Notes: generated by a model not told the origin, from the letters alone. A stretch of 64,000 bases of DNA from a virus (IMGVR_UViG_3300021399_004731); one strand, 5' to 3'. Numbered from the stretch's first letter, positions 18,215 to 28,084 are shown. Program-made: numbers and translations.

Positions 18215-19857
18215 CGCACGTCACCAGCTGGATGACCAGCACCACCATTGCTGAAATCAGCAATGATGGCATTGATTGAGGCTCTTAATTCCTCTTCACG
18301 TCTGACGATGGCTTCAATATTGGCATTGAGCTGTTCAATGTCAACCTTCTCTCTTGTGTCCTCTGGTTCCACATAGGTGCTGACGGACAGATTGTAGTTC
18401 TCCTTGGCAATCTCGTCAATGCCTACCATCCTGACAGCATGGTCCACATCCTTTCTGTCCTTGTACCATCTATAAATCTGCTGAATGTTCTCTTCTGTCA
18501 GCTTATTGGAATTCGTCACCTTGATGAACTGCTTAGAGGCATCAATAAAGGCTACCTTGTCATCCGTCCTGTTCTTCTTGAGAATGAGCAGGCATGTCTG
18601 GATGGATGTGCCATAGAAGAGGTTGCCTGGCATCTGAATGACGGCATGCACGTAGTTGCCATCCACCAGATACTTTCTAATCTTCTGCTCAGCCCCGCCT
18701 CTGTAGAAGATGCCAGGGAAGCAGACAATGGCTGCGGTGCCTTCGCTTGACAGCCAGCTGAGGGCATGCATGACGAAAGCCAAATCAGCCTTGGACTTAG
18801 GAGCCAGCACGCCAGCCCTGCTGAATCGCTCGTCATTGATGAGGACAGGATTGCTGTCGCCCTCCCACTTGACGCTGTATGGAGGATTGCTGACAATCAT
18901 GTCAAAAGGCTCATCATCCCAGTGCTTAGGCTCTGTCAGCGTGTCGCCCTGAGCAATGTTGAACTTGTCATAGCCAATATTATGAAGGAACATGTTGATA
19001 CGGCAGAGGTTGTAGGTTGTCATGTTGAGCTCCTGTCCAAAGTAGCCCATTCTAACATTATCCTTGCCAAGAATCTCAGCACTCTGCAATAACAGAGAGC
19101 CACTTCCGCATGTAGGGTCATAGACCTTGTTGACGCTTGTACGTCCATCAAGGGCAATGAGCGTCAGCAGTCTGCTGACTTCCTGAGGTGTGAAGTACTC
19201 GCCCCCGCTCTTGCCTGCATTGGCTGCATACATGCCCATGAGGTATTCATAAGCATCTCCAAATGTATCAATAGCCGTGTCATCAGCTGAACCGAGATTC
19301 ATGGAGGCAATGCCCTTGAGGAGCTTTGCCAGTCTCTCGTTTCTTTTGGCAACCGTGCCTCCAAGCTTAGGACTGTTGACATCGAGGTCAGCAAAGAGTC
19401 CCTTGAAGGCCTTTTCGGATTTCGTGCCAATGGCTGTATCTTCAATGGCCATGAAGAGTGTACTGAGCGTAATGTTCAGATTCTCATCATCATCGCAGTT
19501 CTTCGTCACGTTGCAGAAGAGTTGTGAAGGCAGGATGAAGAACCCCTTTGACCTGATGAGGTCAGTTCTTGCAAGCTCAGCCATCTCATCATCAATGCTG
19601 GCATAGTCAAAACCTGTATTGCCTGCGGCTAGCTCGCCTCTTGTGACATAGGATGCAAAGTCCTCTGAAATATATCTGTAGAAAAGCATGCCAAGGACAT
19701 AGTTCTTGAAGTCCCAGCCATCCACTGCCCCTCTGAGGTCATTGGCAATGCCCCAGATGGTCTTGTGCAGTTCAGCTCTCTGCTCCTCCTTGCGTGTATC
19801 CACAGGTGCTGATGTCTCAGCAGCATTTGTCATAGTTGTATCTTTTTCTTCTGTCAT
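18211..19857 (-). CDS. hsdM: Type I R-M N6-adenine DNA methyltransferase (HsdM)
   Basis: HsdM N-terminal domain. SAM-binding motif DPTCGSGSLL. Catalytic NPPY (VSNPPYSVKW). Confidence 0.9.
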   Translation of the reverse strand: MTEEKDTTMTNAAETSAPVDTRKEEQRAELHKTIWGIANDLRGAVDGWDFKNYVLGMLFYRYISEDFASYVTRGELAAGNTGFDYASIDDEMAELARTDLIRSKGFFILPSQLFCNVTKNCDDDENLNITLSTLFMAIEDTAIGTKSEKAFKGLFADLDVNSPKLGGTVAKRNERLAKLLKGIASMNLGSADDTAIDTFGDAYEYLMGMYAANAGKSGGEYFTPQEVSRLLTLIALDGRTSVNKVYDPTCGSGSLLLQSAEILGKDNVRMGYFGQELNMTTYNLCRINMFLHNIGYDKFNIAQGDTLTEPKHWDDEPFDMIVSNPPYSVKWEGDSNPVLINDERFSRAGVLAPKSKADLAFVMHALSWLSSEGTAAIVCFPGIFYRGGAEQKIRKYLVDGNYVHAVIQMPGNLFYGTSIQTCLLILKKNRTDDKVAFIDASKQFIKVTNSNKLTEENIQQIYRWYKDRKDVDHAVRMVGIDEIAKENYNLSVSTYVEPEDTREKVDIEQLNANIEAIVRREEELRASINAIIADFSNGGAGHPAGDVR

Positions 19858-20054
19858 GGTTATTTCTCACTCCTTTTTATCAATCATTAATACACATATA
19901 ATTAATCATATTAATTCAACAAATGCTTGAGAGAAAAAAAGAAAATGAAAAATATCATCATCTATCTGATGATTTCTTGCAGGTCTGCATTAAAAAGAAG
20001 AATATATATTGCAAAGAAAAAATGATGCAGATTGTCCGCATCATTTCCATTCAA

Positions 20055-20765
20055 TTATTCTATATCATCATCGTCCAAATCAGACACATAAACACATGCA
20101 ATGTCTGCAAGGGATTCAATAAAGTAGACATCTTCATCAGCACCGACATCAAGCAGGAGTCCTGACCGCATTTCCGTCAGTCCGTCCTTATAGACGCCTC
20201 TCCATACCCTTGCACCATTGACCACCGTGTTCTCTCTTTCCTGCCTGTAGGCGACAGCAATGACAAAAGAGCCTATGACAAGTGGCAGGATGAAAAGCAC
20301 TGCCTGCCCTACGATGGTGGTCATCGTGGACATCTTGATATCAGCTGTAAGAAAATCAATCAGCAGATTCATATAATTCAGAGCAAGGAAAAACAGAATC
20401 CAGTTCTTCTCCCTCCACATGAAAGGCTTATCCTGCCTCAGGATGGCATTGACATATTCTGCCTGCTCCTCATCCAGCGTGCCATCAGGCTTGCCAAATG
20501 CTGTCTCGATATCCACGACAGAATCCATCAGGTCTTCCATGCTTTTTTCTTCAACATGCTGGTCATCTGTATCATCTTCATCGGTATCTTCTGCAGCAGT
20601 ATGATGTACCTCCACTGTAGCAGAGATTGACAGCCATCCTTTATCATCAGATTGATTTTCTTCTGTGTCTTCCACTGCATCTGCTACGTCTACTACATCT
20701 GTATTATCTTTCTTATCTTCTGCAGCAGTTTCTACATCTTTTTTATCAGTATTCTTGTCAGTCAT
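20055..20765 (-). CDS. Acidic protein with two TM helices
   Basis: ORF track. Asp/Glu-rich N-terminus. TM helices ILFFLALNYMNLLIDFL and QAVLFILPLVIGSFVIAVA. Confidence 0.4.
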   Translation of the reverse strand: MTDKNTDKKDVETAAEDKKDNTDVVDVADAVEDTEENQSDDKGWLSISATVEVHHTAAEDTDEDDTDDQHVEEKSMEDLMDSVVDIETAFGKPDGTLDEEQAEYVNAILRQDKPFMWREKNWILFFLALNYMNLLIDFLTADIKMSTMTTIVGQAVLFILPLVIGSFVIAVAYRQERENTVVNGARVWRGVYKDGLTEMRSGLLLDVGADEDVYFIESLADIACVYVSDLDDDDIE

Positions 20766-20886
20766 AGCGCTTATCGCCTCCTGTTTTTTGCATATGATGA
20801 TATTTAATCATGCATTCATGCATTTTATATAAAAAAAGAGCAAAAGAGATGCATCCAAAATGGGATGCATTCTTTAAATGAAATTA

Positions 20887-23292
20887 TTACATTAAATCCT
20901 TTCTGATGAATGCCTTGAGATTCGTATGTCTAGGCAATTCTCTCTTGACCTTGACAGAATCAGCAAAGGCCTTCTTTTCGCCGACAATATGAAGAACTTT
21001 CTTGGCTCTTGTCATGCCAGTGTAAATCAGCTTCTTCTGAAGCATGAACTTGTTGGCTTCATGACAAAGCAGGATGACTGACTTGTATTCAGAACCCTGA
21101 GACTTATGAACAGTAGTCGCATAAGCCAGCTGAAGGTTTTCGAGTCTGTCCTTCTGGTAGATGGAAACAACATCATCACCAAAATCGACTTCGACTTCTG
21201 CCACTTCTTCAGTGTCCTTGCATTCTTCCTGAACACGGACAACAGTGCCAACCATGCCATTATAGACATCCTCAGCAGCTTCATTCTTAATCTGGATGAC
21301 TCTATCGCCTTCTCTGAAGACAGTGCCTCTTGTGCCCTTGACTTCAGGTGTAGCTTCGTAGAGTTTTGGATTGATAGTCTGCTGAAGTGCCTTGTTGAAT
21401 TCCTCTGAACCGATTTCTCCAATTCTCTGAGGACATAACACTGTGACATTATCAATGCCCCACTTGTCTACCTCAGACTTGTAGAGTTCCTTGACTTCTT
21501 CAATAAGGTCTTCTGTCTTCTTGACAGTATGGAACTTGAATTCATCATCATCTTCAAGGGAAGGCACGATATCATTCTGATATTCCATAGCCTTAGTGAA
21601 GATAGAGGAATCCTTGCCCTGTCTGAAGGTCTCATTCAGGATGACCTGAGGGACTTCTGGCACGTCAAGAATGTCTTCAAGAACCTTGCCTGCATCAACG
21701 GATGGAAGCTGGTTTTTGTCACCAACAAAGACAACCGTATCAATGCTGTCAGGAATAGCTTCAAGCAGCTTCTGAGCAAGCCATACGCCAACCATCGAGA
21801 ATTCATCAACGACAAGCACATTGCAGTCAAGTGGATTGGCTGTATTGTACATGAAGTCGCCTTCTGCTGGGTTGTATTCCAGCATTCTGTGAATGGTTGT
21901 TGCAGGCATGCCTGTAGTCTCCATCATACGCTTGGCAGCCTTGCCTGTAGGCGCACACAGCATAATCTTCTTGTGTTCCTTAGTATAGTAATCAACAACT
22001 GCGCCAAGAATAGTGGATTTGCCAGTGCCAGGGCCGCCTGAGATGACTGAGAATCTGTTGCTTAATGCAACTGTTACAGCTTCATGCTGCTTCTTGGCAA
22101 GCTTGAAGTGTGATTTCTCAAAGTCCTTGATGAAGGCATCAATCTTTGCCTTCTTGGCATCCGTCAGTCTTGAAGCTGACATCAGCGCCGCAATACGTGC
22201 GGCAACATTCTTTTCAGCTCTGTACATCGTTGGAGAGTACAGTGCTCTCTTGCCATCAGCAGTCTCAATGTCATAGATGTCACCACTTTGCACAAGAGTG
22301 GTAATGGCCTCGCTGACATAGGAGCTGTCAATATGCAGCTGCTTATTAGCCATGTCAAACATTTCATCCTTATAAAGGAATGTAGAGCCTGACGTAATGC
22401 TATAGACACTCTGCTTTACAAAGGCAACGATACGTCTGTTGTCAGTTGATGAGATGCCATAGGCTCTCATCCCAATCTTATCGACAACATTGAATGACAA
22501 GCCATCAATACTAATCAAGGCATATGGGTCCTTGGCAATGACGTCCATTGTCTTGTCTCCCCATACCTTATAGATTTTGATAGCCTTGTTGACACTCATG
22601 CCATACTGAGCAAACTTGGCATAGATGCTTTCAAATGCCATTGAGTTCTCATATTTTCTCTTGGCATTATCAATCGTCTTTGTACCAATGCCCTTTGCAC
22701 CTTTGGCTACAAGCTTGAAGTAATCAAACTGCGTCTTGAACAGCTTAAGCACTTCAGTTGGCTCATCACCAAAGAGGTCGAGAATCTTTCTAGCCTTCTT
22801 GATACCAAAGATATGCTTCAGCATGTTTTCAGCACCTTCTTCATCATCATCGACAGTGACGTAGAATCTGAAGTTGAAGGTCTTCTCGTCACGTTCAGAG
22901 AAGTGTCCAGAACATTTGATGTACTGGTCTTCATCTGGAATCATGACATTAGGACCATAGCATGTGTAGTTTCTGCTCTTTGTCTTGAGCGTGAAGCCTA
23001 CACGGCCTTTAATTTCATCTTCCCAGAAGACGCTTGTGACGAAACCCTTGATTTCATCAAGCACTTCTGGCTCTGCCTCTGTCTTTTTGACAGCTTTCTT
23101 AGGAGGCTGTCCTCCAAGAGACTTTACATTCAGCTTCAGCGGAGACGCAGTGACTGCGGGCTGAGGCTGAGAGACAGACTTATGCTGTCCGATATTCAGT
23201 CTGACACTGCAATGAGCAGATGTCTGTGTGGCATGAGCTGCCACAGTGCTCGCAGTCTTTGCTGCGCTTAAATTTAACTTTACCATTTTCAT
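20887..23292 (-). CDS. recD2: RecD2-like ATP-dependent DNA helicase (SF1), with N-terminal HhH region
   Basis: Walker A VISGGPGTGKST. VVDEFSMV. FVGDKNQLPSV. C-terminal YATTVHKSQGSEYKSV. N-terminal HhH-like repeats. True start codon uncertain. Confidence 0.75.
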   Translation of the reverse strand: MKMVKLNLSAAKTASTVAAHATQTSAHCSVRLNIGQHKSVSQPQPAVTASPLKLNVKSLGGQPPKKAVKKTEAEPEVLDEIKGFVTSVFWEDEIKGRVGFTLKTKSRNYTCYGPNVMIPDEDQYIKCSGHFSERDEKTFNFRFYVTVDDDEEGAENMLKHIFGIKKARKILDLFGDEPTEVLKLFKTQFDYFKLVAKGAKGIGTKTIDNAKRKYENSMAFESIYAKFAQYGMSVNKAIKIYKVWGDKTMDVIAKDPYALISIDGLSFNVVDKIGMRAYGISSTDNRRIVAFVKQSVYSITSGSTFLYKDEMFDMANKQLHIDSSYVSEAITTLVQSGDIYDIETADGKRALYSPTMYRAEKNVAARIAALMSASRLTDAKKAKIDAFIKDFEKSHFKLAKKQHEAVTVALSNRFSVISGGPGTGKSTILGAVVDYYTKEHKKIMLCAPTGKAAKRMMETTGMPATTIHRMLEYNPAEGDFMYNTANPLDCNVLVVDEFSMVGVWLAQKLLEAIPDSIDTVVFVGDKNQLPSVDAGKVLEDILDVPEVPQVILNETFRQGKDSSIFTKAMEYQNDIVPSLEDDDEFKFHTVKKTEDLIEEVKELYKSEVDKWGIDNVTVLCPQRIGEIGSEEFNKALQQTINPKLYEATPEVKGTRGTVFREGDRVIQIKNEAAEDVYNGMVGTVVRVQEECKDTEEVAEVEVDFGDDVVSIYQKDRLENLQLAYATTVHKSQGSEYKSVILLCHEANKFMLQKKLIYTGMTRAKKVLHIVGEKKAFADSVKVKRELPRHTNLKAFIRKDLM

Positions 23293-23361
23293 TATGAGAA
23301 GGCGGCTATGTGTTCACCATCTTCTCTCCTTTCTATATTTTTTTATTAAACTCCGCCATCA

Positions 23362-25164
23362 TCAGTCAAAGCTGATGACAGAGACCTGTTCACCAACCTT
23401 TCCTGCAAATGACGACCAGTCGAGCTCAGCCTTGATGCTGAAGTTATAATGGTGCTTGTACTGAGAATACTTTTCCCATTTTTCAGCTTCTGCATCAGCT
23501 GAGTCCATGCCTTCATCAATCAGCTTCTGCTTGTTATCAGAATCAAAAGGAATGATGCCAGTGGCAATTGCCTTATGCTTTCTGATGGCATCAGCCTGAC
23601 CATAAAGCCAGATGTCCTGTCCCTTGAAGTTAGAGAGCTTGACATGTCCTGACTTATTGAAGAGCCAGATTGATGTACAGAAGAAGCTGAATCTAATCTG
23701 AGGCTTTGCAAAGCCATTGCCAAAAGGCTTGAACTTCGCAATATCAGCCGCAAAGGCTGGAATTTCTTCTGCTTTCAATGCGATAGATTCATCTTCAGGA
23801 GCAGATGCATGACTGCTGCAGTATGCATCGAAGTCTTTGATGAAGTCATCCTTATGAGCAGTCTTGAGCGTTACGCCAGCCGCACCAGCATGACCGCCAA
23901 ATGTCACGAAATACTCAGGGTGAGCTTCGTTGATGGCTGTCAATGCCTCATAAAGATTCACTGATTCGTTAGAACGCATCGAACCTTTATAGCAGGCTTC
24001 TCCGTCAATCTCCTCTGCTGAGAAGATGCCAGTAGGCTTGCCATATTCTCTTTCGATGGCGCCAGCAATCAAGCCGACAAGTCCATGATGGACATCATCA
24101 GTGAAAGAGAGGCAAGACATAGTACCTTCATGCATGGCAGTCTTGGCAACAGCTTTCTGTTCAGGTGTCATGCTCTTGCGTTCATTATTCATATAGAACA
24201 TGAACGAACATAAACGTTTAGCCTTGGATTCATCCTGTTCAAGGAAGAATTCAATGCCGATAGTTGCCTGATAGAGACGTCCTAATGCATTGATAGCTGG
24301 TCCGATGTTGAAACCAATGACAGTTTCATCGATATGCTCGATATCGAAACCGCCAATATCAGCCATCATCTTGAAATGCCAGTCAGGATGACTTCTCAGC
24401 ATCTCAAGACCTTCCTGCAAGAAGCGTCTGTTTTCATTGACCTTCATTGTTTCAAGGTCATCATTTGCCACAGGCATGACATCTGTCACCGTAGCAACAG
24501 CTGCTAGCTGATGCATATAAGAAGTCATTTCTGCATCGTCTAATGCATCAATAGCTTCCAAGAACACCATGCCAAACTTGTAGGCAACGAATGCTCCACA
24601 GATGGAAGCAAATGGATAGCTGCCCAATGCTGGATGCACGATGTAATCGGCATCTGGCAATAAATCACCAATGCTATGATGGTCAGTAACAATAACTGGA
24701 ATTCCAAGACTCTTTGCATAGGCAATGGAATCAAAGCATGCTACGCCGTTATCACAAGTGATAATAGCGAGATTGTGCTCACCTGCCCATTCAAGAGCCT
24801 TATTGACCTGACGGCGTTTGAAGCCGTATCCGTCAATAACTCTGTCAGGAATGAATGCCTTGACGTTGGCAAACTTCTTTCCTAAAGCTAATGAAAGAAT
24901 TGTTCCAGATGTGATACCATCAGCATCATAGTCAGCCATGACGGCGACATAAGTGTCATCATCAAGACCAGCCATGAAGGCTACTGCATCATCAACATCA
25001 TGGAGAAGATGTGTATCATTCTCCATAGGTGGATTAATCAATAGCTTAATGATTTCATCAGTGTCCTTTGGAAAACGTTGTTTGAGGAAAGCCTTTGTAT
25101 AGGCATTCTCAATTTTTGGCATCATAGTGCCAATGCTAGTTTTTTTGTTAATATTTAATTTCAT
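23362..25164 (-). CDS. recJ: Single-stranded-DNA-specific exonuclease RecJ (DHH/DHHA1)
   Basis: DHH motifs DYDADGITSG and VTDHHS. DHHA1 motif FGGHAGAAG. Confidence 0.78.
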   Translation of the reverse strand: MKLNINKKTSIGTMMPKIENAYTKAFLKQRFPKDTDEIIKLLINPPMENDTHLLHDVDDAVAFMAGLDDDTYVAVMADYDADGITSGTILSLALGKKFANVKAFIPDRVIDGYGFKRRQVNKALEWAGEHNLAIITCDNGVACFDSIAYAKSLGIPVIVTDHHSIGDLLPDADYIVHPALGSYPFASICGAFVAYKFGMVFLEAIDALDDAEMTSYMHQLAAVATVTDVMPVANDDLETMKVNENRRFLQEGLEMLRSHPDWHFKMMADIGGFDIEHIDETVIGFNIGPAINALGRLYQATIGIEFFLEQDESKAKRLCSFMFYMNNERKSMTPEQKAVAKTAMHEGTMSCLSFTDDVHHGLVGLIAGAIEREYGKPTGIFSAEEIDGEACYKGSMRSNESVNLYEALTAINEAHPEYFVTFGGHAGAAGVTLKTAHKDDFIKDFDAYCSSHASAPEDESIALKAEEIPAFAADIAKFKPFGNGFAKPQIRFSFFCTSIWLFNKSGHVKLSNFKGQDIWLYGQADAIRKHKAIATGIIPFDSDNKQKLIDEGMDSADAEAEKWEKYSQYKHHYNFSIKAELDWSSFAGKVGEQVSVISFD

Positions 25165-25357
25165 AATATATTTCTCCTTCCTGCATATCAGATTATGATA
25201 CGCTCCATATTAACATCTTTATTATATCATATTGAGGTGCTTAATGCATTTTATCAGGGCATCAAATTGCATTTTTACAATATAATAAAAAAGCTGACAG
25301 ATGACCTGACAGCACTGACAGCAAAGAATCTATATAATAAGCACGAAGACCGTGCGT

Positions 25358-25443
25358 AGTGAACTAATGGTGCACCCAGAGGGATTCGGACCCTCACAGC
25401 CTTTCGGCCACCAGTTCCTGAGACTGGCGTGTCTACCGTTCCA
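25358..25443 (-). tRNA. tRNA-Leu (anticodon CAG), class II
   Basis: Manual cloverleaf. Acceptor with 3' CCA, anticodon loop CUCAGGA, long variable arm, T-loop TTCGAAT. Confidence 0.7.
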
Positions 25444-25446
25444 CCA

Positions 25447-25524
25447 TGGATGCATATGGTGCCAGGAGTGGGAGTCGAACCCACAACCTGCTGTTTACGA
25501 GTCAGCTGCTCTATCCAATTGGAG
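25447..25524 (-). tRNA. tRNA-Thr (anticodon CGT)
   Basis: Manual fold. Anticodon loop CUCGUAA. T-arm GTGGG/CCCAC. One acceptor mismatch (A6-C67) and one anticodon-stem mismatch (A31-A39). Confidence 0.6.
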
Positions 25525-25530
25525 CTATTC

Positions 25531-25604
25531 TGGCAAGAAATGGCACGGATGAAAGGACTCGAACCTCTATCGATGGTTTTGGAGACCACTGCTCTGCCGT
25601 TGAA
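25531..25604 (-). tRNA. tRNA-Trp (anticodon CCA)
   Basis: Manual fold. Anticodon loop CUCCAAA. T-loop TTCGAGT. Confidence 0.7.
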
Positions 25605-25612
25605 CTACATCC

Positions 25613-25697
25613 GCATGATATATGGTGGGGAGGGCAGGATTCGGACCTGCGAACCAAAAAGGAACTGAGTTACAGTCAGCCGCGGTTGACCACTTCG
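25613..25697 (-). tRNA. tRNA-Tyr (anticodon GTA), class II
   Basis: Manual fold. Anticodon loop CUGUAAC. Long variable arm. Encoded CCA. Confidence 0.7.
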
Positions 25698-25719
25698 CTA
25701 CCTCCCCGAAACAAAAGAA

Positions 25720-25810
25720 AAAATAAGAATGGCGTCACTGGAGAGATTCGGACTCTCGCGCCAGTTTCCCGACCTACTCCCTTAGCAGGGGAGCCTCTTC
25801 AGCCTCTTGA
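25720..25810 (-). tRNA. tRNA-Ser (anticodon GCT), class II
   Basis: Manual fold. Acceptor GTCACTG/CAGTGAC. Anticodon loop CUGCUAA. Long variable arm. Confidence 0.7.
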
Positions 25811-25815
25811 GTACA

Positions 25816-25902
25816 GTGACAGATATGGAGCGGATGATGGGAATCGAACCCATATTCTCAGTGGACTCAGCTTGGGAAAAGGCTGATGTTCTGACCATTA
25901 AA
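25816..25902 (-). tRNA. Aberrant tRNA-Gly-like gene (87 nt): enlarged anticodon loop and extended variable region. Possible pseudogene or unusual suppressor-type tRNA.
   Basis: Acceptor GCGGATG/CATCCGC with U73 and CCA (Gly-like GCUCCA end). Normal D-arm and T-arm (ATGGG TTCGATT CCCAT). Perfect 5-bp stem TCAGC/GCTGA encloses a 10-nt loop CTTTTCCCAA instead of 7 nt. 13-nt unpaired variable region. Confidence 0.45.
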
Positions 25903-25904
25903 CT

Positions 25905-25980
25905 ACATCCGCAATGGTTGCAGGGGGAGGATTTGCACCTCCGACCTTCGGCTTATGAGACCGACGAGCTACTACTGCTA
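25905..25980 (-). tRNA. tRNA-Met (anticodon CAT), initiator-like
   Basis: Strong resemblance to bacterial tRNA-fMet (GCGGGGTGG...GCTCGTCGG CTCATAA ...GCAACCA). The T-loop reads TGCAAAT, i.e. G rather than U at position 55, which is unusual. Confidence 0.6.
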
Positions 25981-25994
25981 CCACCCCGCAATGA

Positions 25995-26086
25995 ATAAAA
26001 GAATTGGCGTTGCTGGAGAGGTTCGGACTCTCGCACGGGCGTTGCCCGCCTGCCGCACTTCCAATGCGGTCCCTTCAGCCTCTTGG
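25995..26086 (-). tRNA. tRNA-Ser (anticodon GGA), class II
   Basis: Manual fold. Anticodon loop UUGGAAG. Long GC-rich variable arm. Confidence 0.7.
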
Positions 26087-26087
26087 G

Positions 26088-26164
26088 TACAGCAACATGG
26101 CGTCAATAATGCGACTCGAACGCATGACCTTCCGCTTAGGAGGCGGATGCTCTATCCAACTGAG
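26088..26164 (-). tRNA. tRNA-Arg (anticodon CCT)
   Basis: Manual fold. Anticodon stem TCCGC/GCGGA. Loop CUCCUAA. Confidence 0.7.
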
Positions 26165-26165
26165 C

Positions 26166-26242
26166 TACATTGACATGGTATTCCTAATGGGGCTCGAACC
26201 CATAGCTTCTGCCTTGAGAGGGCAGCGTCTTGACCAATTCGA
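26166..26242 (-). tRNA. tRNA-Glu (anticodon CTC)
   Basis: Manual fold. Anticodon stem CTGCC/GGCAG. Loop CUCUCAA. Glu-type 3-bp D-stem. Confidence 0.65.
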
Positions 26243-26258
26243 CCATAGGAACAAAAAG

Positions 26259-26332
26259 ATATTAATAATGGTTCCAGCCAGCAGAATTGAACTGCTATCT
26301 AATCCTTACCATGGATTTGTTCTTCCATTGCA
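26259..26332 (-). tRNA. tRNA-Thr (anticodon GGT)
   Basis: Manual fold. U1-A72. Anticodon stem AATCC/GGATT. Loop AUGGUAA. One D-stem mismatch. Confidence 0.6.
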
Positions 26333-26526
26333 CTAGGCTGGAATAGGAAATAGTGTTATTGAACATAAAACACACATAGAATGTAGTGATGCCAGAGTCG
26401 CTTGTTCCCTGACATCACTAGGCTATTGGCAGTATGTCCTAATCAGCCTTGACCTTCCCAGGACATATATAATATATCACATTATTTCATTAAATGCAAA
26501 TATTTCAGCATATAATTTTATTTTTT

Positions 26527-27087
26527 TTACTTTTTATCTGTTTCGGAATTGTCTGGTTCTTCAGTCTCATGAGCTTCGTACAGCTCTCCGACGGTATAGC
26601 GTGAATAGGTATCTCTTGTCAGCTTGCCTTCCCTGCACATCTCGTTAAGATGCTGCATACGGAACATGTAGGCAGGATAGTGATACATCTTTCCTTCTGA
26701 ATAGTCAAAGAATGACGTGTTGTCAGCATAGTCCTTGAGGATGCCACGCCCTTCCATCTCTTCCTCCATTCTGAGAATAGGAATGATGGCATTCATGATG
26801 ACGCCATTGATGGTGCCACTGATTCTGTCATCAATCATGTCATTGTCAAACAGCTCTATGGTTGTCGTGACAATGAACATGTCAATATACTGCTCATAGG
26901 CAAGACAGAACTGCTTAAGCAAGTCATCAGGCATTGTCTTGAAGTTCATGTTCATGAAGTCTGAGATGCCAGCAGACTCTTCGGATGGTGCTGTGAACTG
27001 TGTCTTTTCTGACTCCTTCCCTTCCTTTTCCTGATTCTTTTCTGTCTGATTATGATTTTTCTTATACATAGCTTTGTTCCTCAACAT
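26527..27087 (-). CDS. Hypothetical cytoplasmic protein
   Basis: ORF track. No recognisable motif. Stop of upstream gene overlaps its start. Confidence 0.4.
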   Translation of the reverse strand: MLRNKAMYKKNHNQTEKNQEKEGKESEKTQFTAPSEESAGISDFMNMNFKTMPDDLLKQFCLAYEQYIDMFIVTTTIELFDNDMIDDRISGTINGVIMNAIIPILRMEEEMEGRGILKDYADNTSFFDYSEGKMYHYPAYMFRMQHLNEMCREGKLTRDTYSRYTVGELYEAHETEEPDNSETDKK

Positions 27088-27824
27088 TACGCAAGCTTAG
27101 CAAATGCGTCTTCATAGACCTTCTGCAATGATTCAGCCTGGTCTTCAGTCAGTTCAGTGCCGTCTACATTAAGGCCCATGAAGCTAATCTGGTAGCCAAC
27201 AATCTTGCCATCCTTGACAAACATCACTGTAGGAGAATAGAGGGTATCATCCTGAATGAAGCCAGCCATGTTCTTCTTAAGCTGTACATAATCCTCTTCT
27301 GATGACTGGACCTTCTTGCCTGTCTTGTCAAATCTCTGATTGTAGATGTCTACATAGTTGACAATCCATCCAGCTTTCTTGGCAGCCTTGTTGAGCACTG
27401 GAACTGCACTCTGACAGAATGGGCATGTCTCAAATCCAAAGAGATAGACGCCTGTTTCCTTGTTGGCAAACATCTTATTGGCATCTGAAATAGCCGCTGG
27501 AGTGAAGACGGTACTTGTATTGCCAAGTTTCTTGTAGCCTTTCATGTCGGCAGCCTTGACTGTCTTTTTCTGTGATGTGCCGTCAAGATATCCTGTGACG
27601 GTTTTCTGCTGAGCTTTCTGGACGACATTGACGGTCGTCTGCTTTGACTTGCCTGGGCTGCTGATGGCAAAAGCTCCACCAGCCACAATGGCAATGGCTA
27701 CGCATGCAATGACGATGCTTTTTGCCTTGCTCTTCTTGACAGCATTTTCTGATGGTTCTGTCTTATCCTGAGTATTCGTATTATCATTCGTATTTTCCTG
27801 AGTCTTTTTTTCTGTATCTGGCAT
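27087..27824 (-). CDS. Membrane-anchored thioredoxin-fold thiol-disulfide oxidoreductase (TlpA/ResA-like)
   Basis: N-terminal TM anchor IVIACVAIAIVAGGAFAI. CxxC active site FGFETCPFCQ in a thioredoxin-like context. Confidence 0.65.
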   Translation of the reverse strand: MPDTEKKTQENTNDNTNTQDKTEPSENAVKKSKAKSIVIACVAIAIVAGGAFAISSPGKSKQTTVNVVQKAQQKTVTGYLDGTSQKKTVKAADMKGYKKLGNTSTVFTPAAISDANKMFANKETGVYLFGFETCPFCQSAVPVLNKAAKKAGWIVNYVDIYNQRFDKTGKKVQSSEEDYVQLKKNMAGFIQDDTLYSPTVMFVKDGKIVGYQISFMGLNVDGTELTEDQAESLQKVYEDAFAKLA

Positions 27825-28084
27825 ATATTAGCCTCCTTTTATTATTTTATAGTGTGATTTATAGAATGCAATGGACAAAATAATGGCATAAAGACACTGA
27901 CCGATGGCATTCTGTTTTTACAAATCACTCAGAGATGTCTGCATCTCTGTTACATTATTTATTATATCATATTATTTTATTGAATGCAAAAAATAGCAGG
28001 ACGAATTGCCGTTCCTGCTGATTTTTCTGACTGCATGAATGCCGTCTATATTGATGATTGTCTTGATTGCACTTATGCAACATA

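Noticed and set aside
25275-26336. Many overlapping ORFs on both strands (e.g. 25446..25886, 26004..26336)
   Set aside because: They cover the tRNA array. GC-rich tRNA sequence is stop-poor. No coding signal.
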